The translations under genes and the position numbers were made by a program. This document shows positions 49,676 through 63,226 of a stretch of DNA of 64,000 nucleotides, piece after piece (the stretch's first letter is position 1; each line of letters starts with the position of its first letter). The DNA is from Anolis carolinensis (taxonomy: Eukaryota). The notes under the pieces were generated by a model that saw nothing but the letters and a program-made list of their open reading frames with translations, was not told where the DNA came from and made no database searches. The DNA is taken from positions 242,645,971 to 242,709,970 of the forward strand of contig NC_085843.1 of NCBI RefSeq assembly GCF_035594765.1, given 5' to 3'.

Positions 49676-49751
49676 TACCTTACTGAATCAATCTGTCTCG
49701 TTTTCTAAACTTATACAAAAAGTCAATGTCTAAGGGTTCCAGAACACTCAC

Positions 49752-49847
49752 CAGTTTGCAGAGACGATGATAGGCTGGAGGTTTGATTTCCCATCCTGTG
49801 TCTAGGAAAGCTACACACAAGAAGATGTTCAGAACTATCAATGCCAT
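49752..49847 (-). CDS. NRROS: NRROS first coding exon (signal peptide); full exon 49863-49752
   Basis: TTTGCAG acceptor, MALIVLNIFLCVAFLDTGWEIKPPAYHRLCKL|GTGAGT, phase 0. Compare mammalian ...GW...VCKL. Total 683 aa. Confidence 0.9.
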
Positions 49848-50067
49848 TTCAACAGCCCACCTCCTGCAAAGAGAAGAAAACAGGAAAAATATATTTAAGA
49901 AAATATTCCCTGCCTTTTCTTAGTTATATTTTATTGCATTTTATATTACAGAAAGATTTGACCACTCCTGGAAGGTATATATTCCAAGGCCTGCAGGTCA
50001 TTTCAAACAAATGAATACTTGCTGTCTTATATTTCCTATCTGTCAAAAGAACAGATATTATGTCAAA

Positions 50068-50527
50068 AGAACTATCATGTCAGACTACACAGAGAAGCCA
50101 TTGAAATCCACAAGCATGTGGACAACTTCAACAGAAAGGAAGAAACCATGAAAATGAACAAAATCTGGCTACCAGTATTAAAAAACTCAAAAATCAGAAC
50201 AGTAAATAAAAAGCAATACTCTGAAAACAGAGGATTTCCAGACATGAATCAACCAAGGGCAGTTAACGACTCTAAACAAAGGATGCCCCAGAGGCAGGAA
50301 GAAGACAGCAGATAAGCTTTTCAATGCTAATTAAAGTGATTAACTACACAACATTCACACTGACCTCTCTCACCCTAGACTTTCCACAGATATATATTAA
50401 CCTCTTTGCTTAGTTTTCTCCATACCTCACAACCTCTGAGGATGCCTGCCATAGATGTGGGCGAAACGTCAGGAGAGAATGCTTCTGAAACATGGCCACA
50501 CAGCCCGAAAGACATACAACAACCCAA
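50068..50527 (+). mobile_element. Penelope 3' fragment (GIY-YIG C-terminus and pLTR)
   Basis: NYHVRLHREAIEIHKHVDNFNRKEETMKMNKIWLPVLK followed by a pLTR. Confidence 0.85.
50433..50473 (+). ncRNA. Minimal type I hammerhead ribozyme in the Penelope pLTR
   Basis: CCT-CTGAGGA-T-GCCTGC(catagat)GTGGGC-GAAAC-GTC-AGG gives a complete core, stem II, palindromic short stem III and a 3-bp stem I. Confidence 0.75.
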
Positions 50528-51972
50528 CAGATATTACCATCATCAAGCTCTGATGGTAATATTTTCACATGCTTTCCCTATGTATGTCATTCTGCTGTAC
50601 ACATTCAGTTTACTAAGTATAGGCAGAACTTAAGCATGCCAAGTTCATTTTTCAAAAATTCCCCAAGATGCTCCAGTCAGAGCCAAGTACAAAAGATATA
50701 GAATTAACAAACAGGTTTCTTCTATCTTGAGCCTAACAATTTACTTTTACATTATCAGAAGTGAACTCAATTTAAGAGTCCTTTTATATCAAGTTCCCTC
50801 AAATTCTCTCCATCCAGCAGTCTAATTTTATTGGCCACATTTTTATTCAATGGAGAGTCCTGTCAATCTATTGCAAACCACACAGCGATCTACCAGTAGA
50901 ACCAGAAGCTCATCCACACCACACAATTATAGCACTATTAATTGCCATAGTTCCATCCTATGGAATTATTGGATTAGTGGTTTAGGGAGGGATATTTAGG
51001 AGTCTCATAAAGAGCCTTTCCAAACTACAAACCCCAGGACTTCATAAGATGGAACCATAGAGTTTAAAGAGGAATAGAGCACTACAGTTGCATAGTGTGA
51101 ATAGGCCCGTGATTTTCTTCTGTCCCCGTATGCTTTACACAACATGTTCAAAGTCAACATTTGTTCATTCTGATGTTTAAGTGGGAATTCTTTCTTGGAC
51201 TATAATATATTATGAATAGCCACTCATATCTATAAAATAGTTTAGTCTGAAGGTAGACAAGTACTGTAATTTGATGAGAGCATTCCCTTCCTGTAGAGAT
51301 ACAAACATATTAAATTTGTCCTGCTGTCACCTTTGATCAAGAACATTTTGCAGAAACTCCCCTGCAAAGCAAAACTAGGACACACACTTCAAACCTCCAG
51401 CTCTCATAATATCATTTCAAATATCATCTTGTCTCTAGAAAAAGGCTCCAGAAGAAATTATGTGTGAGACTAATGATTCCTGGTTAGATTAAAATGTGGA
51501 AATATTACTTCTTCCCAGAATCCCTTAGCCAACTAAGACACTGAAATGAAGCTGCAAGGAGAATGCTAGTTTAATTGGAGTACTTGTATTTTCTGAAGCT
51601 AAGTTTTCCTGAAACCCCTGTTAGCACAACAAAAAGTAAGGTGAGGGCAGTAAAAGAGTAAACCCATCTTTAGGTCCAAATACACTGAAGACACAAGATC
51701 CTTTCTGATCTTCAAAGGATCAGGCCTGGTTAGTATTTGTATTAGAGGTTGCCAAAGAATGGCAAGTGCCATAGGTTAAATTTCAGAGGAAAACAACAGC
51801 AAACCACCCCTGAATATTAGTTGTATAAGAAATTAAATGCGTTGACATGAATACCTTATGCGGCGTAATTGTTCAGTACTAAACAGCAACAGCCACATGG
51901 TTACCTTTACTTCTCCTTTGTTATACCTTCTTAATGCAAAGATTGGAAACACATTTTGGGGTTGTTACTCAC

Positions 51973-52300
51973 CGCGTGGAGTAAAGTGCTCAGCTTTAGG
52001 AAAGTCATTCTGCATCAGCACCTGTCTTTGGGTCTTTCAGTATATCTGAAATCAATCAGTTAAATAAGATGAGCTGTTTGCTCTCTCTTAACATCAGATT
52101 AATTTAGAACTTGCGGAAGGAACTAACGGAAACAGCCGTCACATGGACTATTGTAGAAGTTGCAAGCTGCATCAGCCTGCCACCCTCCCCCATCCCAGGC
52201 TCAGCAGTTGCACGCGCAAAAGTTGCATATGTGCAAGTCACTTGATGATGAGAAAGAGCCCAGAAGGGAAATGAGAGGAAGGAAACCAGGCAGGGTGAAT
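51973..52300 (-). promoter_or_regulatory. Candidate NRROS non-coding exon 1 and promoter
   Basis: Donor CG|GTGAGT at 51973/51972 in repeat-free sequence, with ETS/PU.1-like GCGGAAG (~52113) and GAGGAAG (~52275). Confidence 0.35.
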
Positions 52301-53200
52301 TTGTAACCACTCGCTGAACCAAGGTGAAAGCTCCCTGGTGAGGCTTCATTTGTTTCCTTTCATCCAAACAGCACTCAGAGTCTTGCAGAAGTTTTAAAAC
52401 TAGCAAATACATGACGGCATAAGGTTTAGTGGCCTACAGTTCATGCCGTAATACGGAAGTGGATTCCAATCTTGGATACTCCATATCTTTAAAAATACAT
52501 GTCTGTAAAAAACCAATAAGATGGTTGCTTTTCTTGTGGAAGACCAGCTTGGTTACTCTTCCAGAGGTGTTTCCTATTAACGTTAGTCATCAGCTTTGCT
52601 TTGAAACAGAGCACTAAGAAATCTGGATGAGAATAAAGTCTGAGAAATTTTATCTGAAGGTCTAAAGTCTGAGGAGAATTTTCAGAACACAATAATATGC
52701 CTTAAATCACACAAATGTATTAGGATGCTGTGATCTGAATATGGCATGCATTTGGGCTAGCTAAGATCTTTTCAACAATTTTTTTTTTAAAAAAAACAAC
52801 AACTATCCATCATAGGACTTTTCTTTCCCCCTTTTTTCTAACCACATTAGTGTTTGTTTATATTCATCCAATTCATTTGAAAGTATTGTATCCTATTCTT
52901 TTTAAAATTATTATTTTAAGTTTTAAGAAATATGCAGTGGAATAAATGAAATAATGCAGCAATATAATAAAGCAAGTTAGAACCTCACTGCAATTTTACA
53001 TTAACCTGGTTGTCATATTTTTCTATACAGGAAGAACTGTATGTAACAGATAGTTAAGAAGTAATCATCAAGTAGTTTATGTGGGCTCATTAAAACTGAC
53101 TATTTATGCGGATATATACTGTGTTTCTGACTTTAATTAAAAAAAAACCTTTAAAAGGAACCCTTTTTGGTTTATTTCAGAGCATCTTGCTTGTGATATA

Positions 53201-53624
53201 CCGTGTTTCCCCGAAAATAAGACAGTGTCTTATATTAATTTTTGCTCCCAAAGATGCTCTAGGTCTTATTTTCAGGGGATGTCTTATTTTTCCATGAAGA
53301 AGAATTCACATTTATTGTTGAACCAAAAAAATGAACATTTATTATATACTGTACAGTAGTTGTCATCACAAACCAGCATAACCAGACAAACTGTGAATCC
53401 TATCAAGAATTTCTTGTTACTACTGTTTCCATGTACAATACTCTATGGTACGTACATTTACGGATCCTTCATGCTCTGGAGTTCTGTTTGGCAGGCGCTG
53501 GGCATGCTTCCAAACAAAACCTTTGCTAGGTCTTACTTTTGGGGGAGGACTTATATTTAGCAATTCAGCAAAACTTCTACTAGGTCTTATTTTCTGAGGA
53601 TGTCTTATTTTAGGGGAAACAGGG
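53201..53624. mobile_element. Tc1/mariner (pogo-like) MITE
   Basis: TA|CCGTGTTTCCCCGAAAATAAGACA ... TGTCTTATTTTAGGGGAAACAGGG|TA. Confidence 0.85.
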
Positions 53625-53905
53625 TAGGCTGTGCTCTGTCCAAACCCCTCAAATGTGTTTTCAGGTTGTTGGAAACCTCACATGGCCTTCTTCATTTCCT
53701 CCTCTAGGGCCCTTAGTGGTATTGTTAGATACTATGCAAACACGCTCTCTCAGTGTCAGTGGAAGACAAAGACACACTCGCTCTGAAGAAATAAGAATGA
53801 CAAACTCAAGTCTGTCAAGAAAATTCCATGATAGGTTTTCCTTAAGGTTGCCATAGGTGAGAAATGACATGGGAGACACACAACAACAAACAAATGCATA
53901 CAAAA

Positions 53906-54156
53906 GGGTTGCTATGAGTTTTCTGGGCTGTATGGCCATGTTCCAGAAGCATTCTTCTTGACATTTTGCCTCCATCTATGGCAGGCATCCTCAGAGGTTG
54001 TGGGATCTGTTGGAAAGTAGGCAAGTGGAGTTTATTTATCTATGGAATGTCCAGAGTGGGAGAAAGAACTCTTGTCTGTTTGAGGCAAGTGTGAATGTTG
54101 CAATTGGCCACCTTGATTAGCATTGAATAGCTTTGCAGCTTCAAAGTCTGGCTGCT
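53906..54156 (-). mobile_element. Penelope pLTR
   Basis: Reverse complement of the 12820-13065-type sequence. The hammerhead core is degenerate. Confidence 0.8.
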
Positions 54157-54699
54157 AAATGCAAACAAAATCCCAGGGGGAAAGTCAGCCACTCTGTATG
54201 CCCCCAAAGAAAGTAAAATCAAGGCAGTTGTAGCCCCGGAGCAATTTTTAAAAAAGTGCTTCCTTTCTGCACAAAAATCTGGACTTTGTTTTCAACTCTA
54301 CAAGTTCAATGATGCTAATGGCCTAGAGAGGTGCTTGGGGTTTCGTTCTCTGGATATCTTCAAAAGAGGCTGGACAGCTACTTGAAGGGGATGTTTTAGC
54401 TGGATATCCCACACTGAATAGGGGGTTGGACTCAGTGGCCCATTAGACCCCTTCCAGCTCTAATTCTATGAGTTTCAGAAGATGCCCCAAATAGAAAATG
54501 CATGTTTTTCTAAAACATAATGCAAAGTTGTGACGCATTGGGAGTTTCCCAAAGATTATACAAAATAGCTTTGTGGACAACATGTGACTCAAAGACCACA
54601 GTTTGGCTACTCCTGGTACAAGCCTGAATATCATTCATCTTCAATATGTATAGGAGAAGCTGAAAGATGTCATCTACCATTGTCAGATTTTATTAAAAA

Positions 54700-55170
54700 C
54701 TAGCTGTACCTGGCCATATGTTGCTGTGGTCCAGTCTGGATAAATGGAAAAGAAAGAAAGAGAAAGAGCTGGTTTCTAATATGTAATGTAATTTCATAAT
54801 GCTTGTGGGTATACAATAGTTTTTGTTGTTCCATTGTCTGTGCAGATATAGAGATTGTCTGGTTTGCCTACTCTAGAATATGCAACATATAATTGTCCAT
54901 GTGAGAAGCAATCCCTGTGTAGATCTAAACCACACCATTCTAAAGACTGGGCCTGAGCGTAAATTATGTAGCATAGCGTGTGTTGCTTTGACGTCCAGCA
55001 GATGGTGGTGTTTTTCCAAAAAACGTATTTTACCTGTCACAGGTGTGACATCTATATAATACTAGGTATGTGAAAACATAAAAACATGTGCCTGTTCAAT
55101 TGCTACATTGTGTCAAAAATTCAAAGCAATCGGTGAAGTATTTCAGGATATTTGAGGTTCTAAACAAAGG
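54700..55170 (-). mobile_element. Helitron-like non-autonomous element
   Basis: Minus-strand 3' end has a hairpin (CCACAGCAACATATGG) then GGTACAGCTAG|T. The other boundary is approximate. Confidence 0.5.
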
Positions 55171-55539
55171 CCTTATGAATGACTCCTCATAGCAAGTGTC
55201 GCTAACATCCCTTTACATGCCTTATACAAATAAATATGCTATAGGGTCTTTTCAGGCATCAGCATTACATTAACAATCTTGATTCAAACATCTGTATTTA
55301 TTATTTCTTTTTTTACAATTATTGGAAATTCCACATGGGCTTGTTCCTCTTGAATTTTCAAATTAAGTTGACTATTGCAATTTGTGTTTTAAAAAGAATC
55401 AAACAGGAAGCAAAAGGAAAAAATACTGAGCAAAATGAAGACATATGGGTCTTTCCATTATTTGCATGAAATATATCATAGTAGGGACCAAAGGATTTGG
55501 CTTAACATTTTGATTACATTAATGCTCTTGGGAAGAGAA

Positions 55540-55832
55540 CCAGAGAGTTGGAAGGGACAATAAGGGCCATCTAGTCCAACCACCTGCCATGCAGAAATAT
55601 ACAGTTAGAGCATTCCAGCCTCTGTTTAAGGACTTCTAAAGACTAATCTTTGAGATGGTCCATTCCACAACTGAATAGTTTTCACAATATAGATGTTCCT
55701 CCTAATGTTTAGGTGGAATCTTCTAGTCTTCTAGTTCATGTTCTAGTCTTTGGAGCAACAGAAAGCAAAATGTCTCCATTTTCTCTATGATGTTTCTTTA
55801 GATATTTTAAGATAGCTATCATGTCACCTCAA
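55540..55832 (-). mobile_element. Degenerate CR1 3' fragment
   Basis: AGAGTTGGAAGGGAC..GGCCATCTAGTCCAAC..CTCCTAATGTTTAGGTGGAATC is the reverse complement of a CR1 3' end. Confidence 0.65.
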
Positions 55833-58800
55833 AGGACCTGTGTACATTAACAAAAAAACCCAAAAAACAACCATACTCAATTCGTATTGACTATTGTGAT
55901 GATTTGTATTCCAACCAGTTTTTTCATCCTTAAACCACTTAAAAAACAATTTTATTTTATCCTTTAATGAGTTATGCATCAAATATTTTGTTTTGATGTG
56001 ATATGCATATGAGTAGGGATGCAACATAGTTATGGAGGGGTTGCCTGCTTGTCTGTAACACACACTTGTGAAAGTACGTTTATATGTCTTTGAGCATCAC
56101 AAGTTTGTCTTTTACTAACTAGTTATTTTTTGTTATGCTTTTAGGTGGCAAATAATGTTATTTGGCATTTGCCACTTGGCCCCCAGTTTTGTTTTTATGC
56201 ATTTCTTCGCTAAACTACTTTTTTGAGCTTCATTTGTCTATGAAATGAGTACTATGACAGAGAAACGTCTGCGCTGTATTTGGCTTCTTGGGGCTGTTAC
56301 TTTTTTGTTTTTTTCTTCTCCAGTTTCCTTTCTGGGAAATGGGAGTTTTGTGGCTAGCCATGTCCACCATGGGAACCAATGCCATTATGTGAACAGACTA
56401 GCTCCTATCTATTCTTTAAGTTTTTTGACAAAATGCTCTTAACATTCCAAATATGCCCAACATCTGTAAAAGATTGAGGCTTTTACAGAAAATTACGTAG
56501 GCTTTTACAGAAGATTCTGTACATGGACAAAGTCATCCATTCAGATGAAAACTAGCCTAGAACTTTGCTCTCTATCATATTGTAGGAAGGGAGTACAGTT
56601 CAGCAACATATATACTGTGAATACCGTACATAGTTTGACTTTAAGGATTGTGGACAAGGAAGGAGACAAACAGTAATTCAACCTCCTTTAGCAATTACTA
56701 CATAAATTTCTAGTACCAGTAAACTTTACACAATCCAGGTGCTTAAATCATCTGGAAGCATACCCCCTGAACTGCCTAGCAGTGGTTTTCTCAACCGTTC
56801 TCTTCAACCACTTTTTCCATTGTGTTTGGAAAGGGAAGTAAAACGAAAAGAGGGTATGTGTGTGCATTTCACTCGGACCCAGAATGGCCAGCTATAACAT
56901 AGGACACATCTGTTCAACCAAAGGGGTCTTTTTATATATCTCCTTTCTATATATAATTGTAAATCTAGTGATCTAAGTAGGGAAAAACAGCAGTTTGCAT
57001 CTGCATCTGATTCACCCCCCTTACTCCTACACTTGAGTAAATTATCTCTGCTAAGGTTAGCAGATGTGAAAATATACCAATAGCCCAACAGATCCAGCTG
57101 TGTTCCAGAAAAGCCACGTTCTCTACCCAAGGTGGCCAATTGTGTATTTAGGTACAGGTGCTCTCCCTCCAGATATTTTAGACTTCGACCGCAATCATCC
57201 TGAGCCTTTTGTCATAAGTTATGGAGATTGTAATTCAATGGAGGGGGGAAACTATTCCAAATCTGGAGTATGCAAGATGAATCAAGTTGCTGCCTTTTCA
57301 CACACACCAATAGGAAAGAAAATTAGCAAAAAATGTAAAATTCTTAGGATTGGCAATGATGTCAGAAATTCAAAGTTTTTCAAGTATCCGCAGATACCAA
57401 GGGATGCCTGGCAAGCTTCGTTAACTGTGAATGTTTCGAGTTAGGAATCAGGAATCTCACCAAGCTGAAGATGAAAGACAGAAGCATTTATTCAATCTGT
57501 GCAGAAGGGACACTTGAACAGCAGCAAAATATAAAAAATAAGAAAATAAAAAATAAAAATATAAGAATATAAAATATATAAAAATAAAAATAATATAAAA
57601 ATATAAAAATAATATAAAAATATAAAAGATGACATTCATATGATGTTTCAATATAGGTTCTTTAGAGAGAAAGACGGGTGAACGGAGAGGGGCCTCGCTG
57701 GGGCTGCATGCAGGGTATGAAAGATTATTTGCCTTACTTGTTTTAATTCACTCCTCTGTGCTCATTCACACATTCACATAAGAGAAAAAGGAAAAAGAAA
57801 AGAAATAAAGATACTTTGTATAATAGGGAGTCTGGAAACGGAGGTGAGTGATACATTGTAGCAATCTGTAGCTTGGTCAGGTTGTGAGTGAGTGGAGCCA
57901 TGAGTTCCAGATGAGTACGGATGCGGACCGGCTTAGGCTGAACAGTTGATCCTGGGTGTGTGCACATGTGGAGGGTTGGGTGCTATGGAGTTGGGGTTGC
58001 AGCTGGTCCTGGGAGACTCGAGGGAGGCTGTATGGACAGTGGCCATTGTGATTCATTTGACCTTCCATCCTATGGGAACTATAACTTCTTTGGAGGTAGA
58101 ACTATACCTCTCTTTTATTAGGGGTGAGGGTGTTCAATAACAACAACTAGCTTATTTATTAAGTTGAAGGGTCCCTACAACTGCTTTAACCTTTAAAACT
58201 CTTTTCAAAACTGGAAGTGGATTTCTTTCCTTTTTTAAAAAAAGTTTTTGCATGGGGGATGCTCATGTTTTCCAGATTCCTGGAACTTGTTCCCAGGTCC
58301 CTTGGAGAGTGACCTCCTCTGTTCAAAAGCTTCTATTTTCTATTTCCTAAGAAACTGTGTGTTTAAGGCTGGAGATTGTTCTGAGTAAAATGGAGACCAA
58401 TTGCTTTTTGAGTCTCTTCCTTCTTCTTAGGAACTCTTGGGAGAGTCCCAGATGGAACTTGAAACCATCTTTAGATACATAAAGCACAATTTAAAAGGCT
58501 GCAGACTCCTACCATTGTTTCAACTGTAAATAAATTTAGATTTTAAATAAGTTGAATCCCCCCCTAGACCAGGCATGTATAACATTCTACTCATTTTTCA
58601 ACAACAGAAGCTCACCAGGCGGTCAAGAAGAAAAAGTGATGCCGGGAACATATACAGCTACACCCTGCCATAAAATTGACAGCATAGAGCATTGTAACAT
58701 ACAATCTAGTACCAGTGTTCTGCTTTTAGAGTGTTCTGCTGTTTTATTGGACACCTTTGACAGGATCAACTAATAATGGTATGACCCACCCATGGATTTT

Positions 58801-59614
58801 GGTTTTTGTTTTATTTCTATGGATCAACGTGGACTCTTTCTTTTTTGATGCTCTCTTATAATTAATTCTTAACTGCTTGAAATTTGGAAAATTGAATGCA
58901 GAATGTGTGTATGTATATATGTTAAACTAATACATTGATTATCCTTATTTTGCATTAATGTTTACTCTAAAGTGCAATCAGGATGTTTTACCTTGATTTT
59001 CTTACCTTGCAACAAACATCGCATTTATTTAAAAAGAGGGAAAGCAGTGACAGACAGTGTATGCAAAAAGAGGGATTATTTGTGGTGTTATTTCAGTTCC
59101 ACTCATGTTCAGGCTGCCATTCTCAAAATAACTAAGTCATATTGAAGTCATCATTCAGCACACATTCTAACCAGAGCTTGGAAGCAACAATGTACAAAAA
59201 TATAATAATCTGCAATAAGGGTTTTTAAAAAGCAATGTTCTAATGAAATTACATTTCAGAGTTGTTTTCATGAGTGGGAATTGCACTGTTCCCAGAGAGA
59301 GCAAGTAACATTTTGCAGTGACTTTTAAAGAGCATTTCAAAACATTCTACTGAAAATGTCCATGTTTTATGCCATTTTTTCACCAATTCTATGATTTTCT
59401 CATTTCTCAGAAATGTAGTAAAGAGAGAAACAAGTAAGGGAGCAAGTAACACACTCCCGAGGAGTGTAAGAAATAACTGCAACAAGTCATTCTAAAACAA
59501 TAAGTAACTGGGACAAAATATATATTTTAAAGTGTTTTTTCAAACTCTAATTCTCATGTTAATCATGAAAGGGAGTGCACAGTCCATGAAATTTTTAGTT
59601 GGAACTTGGAACTG

Positions 59615-59618
<4 letters not shown>

Positions 59619-59670
<52 letters not shown>
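59619..59670. repeat. (TA)n microsatellite
   Basis: Direct reading. Confidence 0.95.
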
Positions 59671-59676
<6 letters not shown>

Positions 59677-62291
59677 AATCACTATGCTTTTGAAATGTAA
59701 TACCAAATAATCTCAAAGTTAGTCTAAGTAACATCCAAAGCAATTTATTTCTTAAGCTTTCTTTTGGTCTTAAGTAAACTGCTGTCCTCTGCTGTTAGAA
59801 AAATAAATGGTTCTCCTCCTTCCTTAATTCAGAGCTGGAACACACTAAACTTTTAGACAGAGACCTTGCCTGCAAGGATTGTTTGTTGAGCAATCATCCC
59901 TGAATTCAAACATATGGCCTCTGTGCTCATAGAGCCTTCTTCTGAACCTTCTCATTTAGAAACATTTGGTCTTTCCCTAAAGTGCATTCTTGGTTGAGCC
60001 ATTACTCTATTCAGTGCAGTCCAAGGCAACAGCTATTGAGGAAAACAGCATGTACTAATGTGCTGATGCAGAAAAGCTGATTAATATAGTGGTAATCTTT
60101 TGAAGAACAACTGTTTGTCATACTAAACCATAACCGATTGAGAAGACCTTTAACAATGTTCAGATAAGCCATCAGTTGTTTGCTGGATGACGTCAAGAAC
60201 AACCACATGTTGCTATACAGGAAAATCACAAATTCCATCACCCTATTGATGAACCTCTGTCAATACCACCATACATTTCATAAATGCTATGACTAAGTTA
60301 AAGAATAACACTTGAAGCTGAAACAGTTAATGACCCAATACAAGTTAAAGAAATCAAGTTCTAGGGAGAATGCATGCTAATGATACCTGGAATTAGTCTT
60401 CTTTACTAAGAGGATGTTGGCTGGTGTGATCATGTGAAACTGGACAGATATAATGAATTCACTTACACTTCTTAAATACAGAATGGGTTGTCAGCTACCG
60501 TCCTTGGCGAACAACAGGTACCTTGAATCAAACTCTCTGAAGGTGGGAAATATCTCACTGCAGCTGTGAAAAGAAGCTCATTGATGCTGTCCAACCGAAG
60601 TTGTAATGATATTTTACTGCAATATTTATATATTCTATTTCTTGTTTTACTATGTTTTCCTGATCCATGTTTCTCACATTCCATATTCCAATGTGTTATA
60701 CCACTTTCCTTTCACCTGAGAACATGGACTGATGTAGTAATTTCAGCTAGAGAAGTCCGTGCCTGGTGAGCCTTCGCTAAACCAGATCAGTCAGGACAGA
60801 GTACAGGGGCTCCAGGTTGAAGATAATGCTAGAGGTTTGTTACAATTCGGCCAAATACAATGCAAGTACAAGCAATATGTTTAAAAAGGTACAAGCACAA
60901 ATTCATAGAAAAATATATGACATTTTTACATAATTCTGACAGCTATTCAGACTTTCCGCTCCCTCTCCTGATTGGCTGAGAAGAAAGACAGGCTAGGATC
61001 CATGCTGGGATTGCCCAGGGGTTCCTCTGACATCACAACCTGCAGGAGGAGATTCATGTGGTGAGAAGAAAGATGGCCAGTGGCTGGTCAGCTTGAAGGA
61101 CCAATACACTGCAGGGCCACCTCCTGGGAGGACGCAACCCTGGAGGAAATGGTGATGTGGATATGAGATTTTTTTTATTAACTCAAGTATCCAGTTCTAT
61201 GTGAGACAAAGGATGCAAGACACAAAAGGCAAAAGTGGCAGATTTCAGCAATCAGAGGCTTGGCTGCCCATTCAGAGAGTTAACAAATTAATGTTTACTG
61301 AGCCTGCTCTTCCGCAGGAGCAGCATACTTTCAGCCTCAAGTTGAGTGAATAAACATCCTGAGCTCATCCTGGTGACAAAGAGGATCATCTGTCTGCATA
61401 TATACACAAAGGTTTTGATATTTATCTGGCTCGGGAAATAGCTGGCTGTGATCTCCTTTCCCAAGGGATTATGCAAACTGAGGGCACAAAGAGGTAGCTG
61501 CCTTCTAGATACATTTGATACATTCGTTGATACTGTTTATACATTTTATACTTTTAGGAATCGACACAGTAGATAAAAGATACAAGTTACATATAAGTCA
61601 TCAAGTTGAACATTTATTAAAGGGTCCTCTGATAAAGTTTGCAGGGTACAGCTACTGCTAGGTCTATCCCAGAGCTTCTAGCTGTTTCAACATTTTGCCA
61701 CTTTGGAGCTGTGGAAAATGTTAAAAAATAAAGAAAAATCATATAGCTTGCTTGAAGTCTTCATTGTCTTTATTCTTTTGGGGAGGGGTGCCATGGCTTG
61801 ATAACATATGTCCCCTTTGGGATTGAGTCCAGTTGTGTCATTAACCACAGTGCTATTCATAATTGTCCTCTTTTATACCTTGTAACTCATTGAGTGACTT
61901 CCAACCTGAGAGGGTCATCTATTTCACTTCATTTTGGATTGTTTCACATGTTAAAACATATTCAAAGAAAGTGTACTGTGCCTCCTGTGCAGTACAGACA
62001 AATGTTAACTATGATACCACTGCCATTGTTTTTATAGATCTTCTATCAGTGTCATCTCCTACCACCTAATAATCTGTTTAGCAGTCATGGCTTCTTAGCA
62101 GAAGCCCATCTTCCATGGGAGACTATTAAATGCACTGCTACCATCAGTCTAACCTCTTGCCTTACAGGCACACACAATCCCATAATCTTGGAACAGTAGT
62201 GGCATGGTGATAGTATGATATTACACCATATCACATGGAAGTACCATGTTACAGCAATTATAGTAGGCCCTAGATATAATATGAAGTCCAC

Positions 62292-62938
62292 ATGGACAAC
62301 AAGTTGTACATGAGTCAACAATGTGATGCGGCAGCTAAAAAAGCCAATGGGATTTTGGCCTGCATCAATAGGAGTATAGCTCCTAGATCCAGGGAAGTCA
62401 TGCTACCCCTCTATTCTGTCTTGGTCAGACCACACCTGGAATACTGTGTCCAATTCTGGGCACCACAGCTGAAGGGAGTTGTTGACAAGCTGGAAAGTGT
62501 CCAGAGGAAGGCAACTAAAATGATTAAGGGTCTGGAGAACAAGCCCTATGAGGAGCAGCTTAAAGAGCTGGGCACCTTTAGCCTGCAGAAGAGAAGGATG
62601 AGAGAAGACATGATAGTCATGTACAAATATGTGAGAGGAAGTCATAGGGAGGAGGGAGCAAGCTTGTATTCTGCTGCCCTGGAGACTAGGACATGGAACA
62701 ATGGCTTCAAACTACAGGAAAGGAGATTCCACCTGAACATCAGGAAGAACTTCCTCACTGTGAGAGCTGTTCAGAAGTGGAACTCTCTGCCCTGGACTGT
62801 TGTGGAGGCTCCTTCTTTGAAGGCTTTTAAGCAGAGGCTGGCCATCTGTCGGGGGTGTTCTGAATGCGATTACCTGCTTCTTGGGGTTGGACTGGACGGC
62901 CCATGAGGTCTCTTCCAACTCTATTACTCTATGATTCG
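62292..62938 (+). mobile_element. CR1 LINE, 5'-truncated
   Basis: ORF 62292-62906 (MSQQCDAAAKKANGILACINRSI..RPHLEYCVQFWAP), closely related to the copy at 1997-2674. Confidence 0.92.
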
Positions 62939-63226
62939 ATTGTCCAACCCATATGAGAGGGCACTCCCTGGTGCAGGCTGCCATGTGCCAACTACATACA
63001 CGTGGCACAAACAGCAGGGTGTCCCTAAATCCAGTATATTATTTTGCAACAAGTCCGTTCTTCAAAACCGAATGTGTGGATTGCTAAGGATAGACATTTC
63101 TGTGTGTATGTGTAGTGATTTAGCTAGAACCATGGTCAGAGAGTCTGTGCCCAGTGAGTGAAAGTGAAACCAGATAGGCTGGGACAGAACAAACTCACCA
63201 GGTTAAAGACAAGCCACAGAGGTTTA

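Noticed and set aside
57830-59020. Possible old L1 remnants or upstream NRROS exons
   Set aside because: I could not recover a convincing protein motif or a paired acceptor and donor by eye.
60725-61210. Possible old LTR or promoter (GATTGG, CTTCCG motifs)
   Set aside because: No clear TG..CA termini with a TSD could be fixed.
62292-62330. Both long CR1 copies are 5'-truncated at nearly the same point
   Set aside because: There are only two copies and the breakpoints differ by about 20 nt, which is compatible with ordinary truncation.
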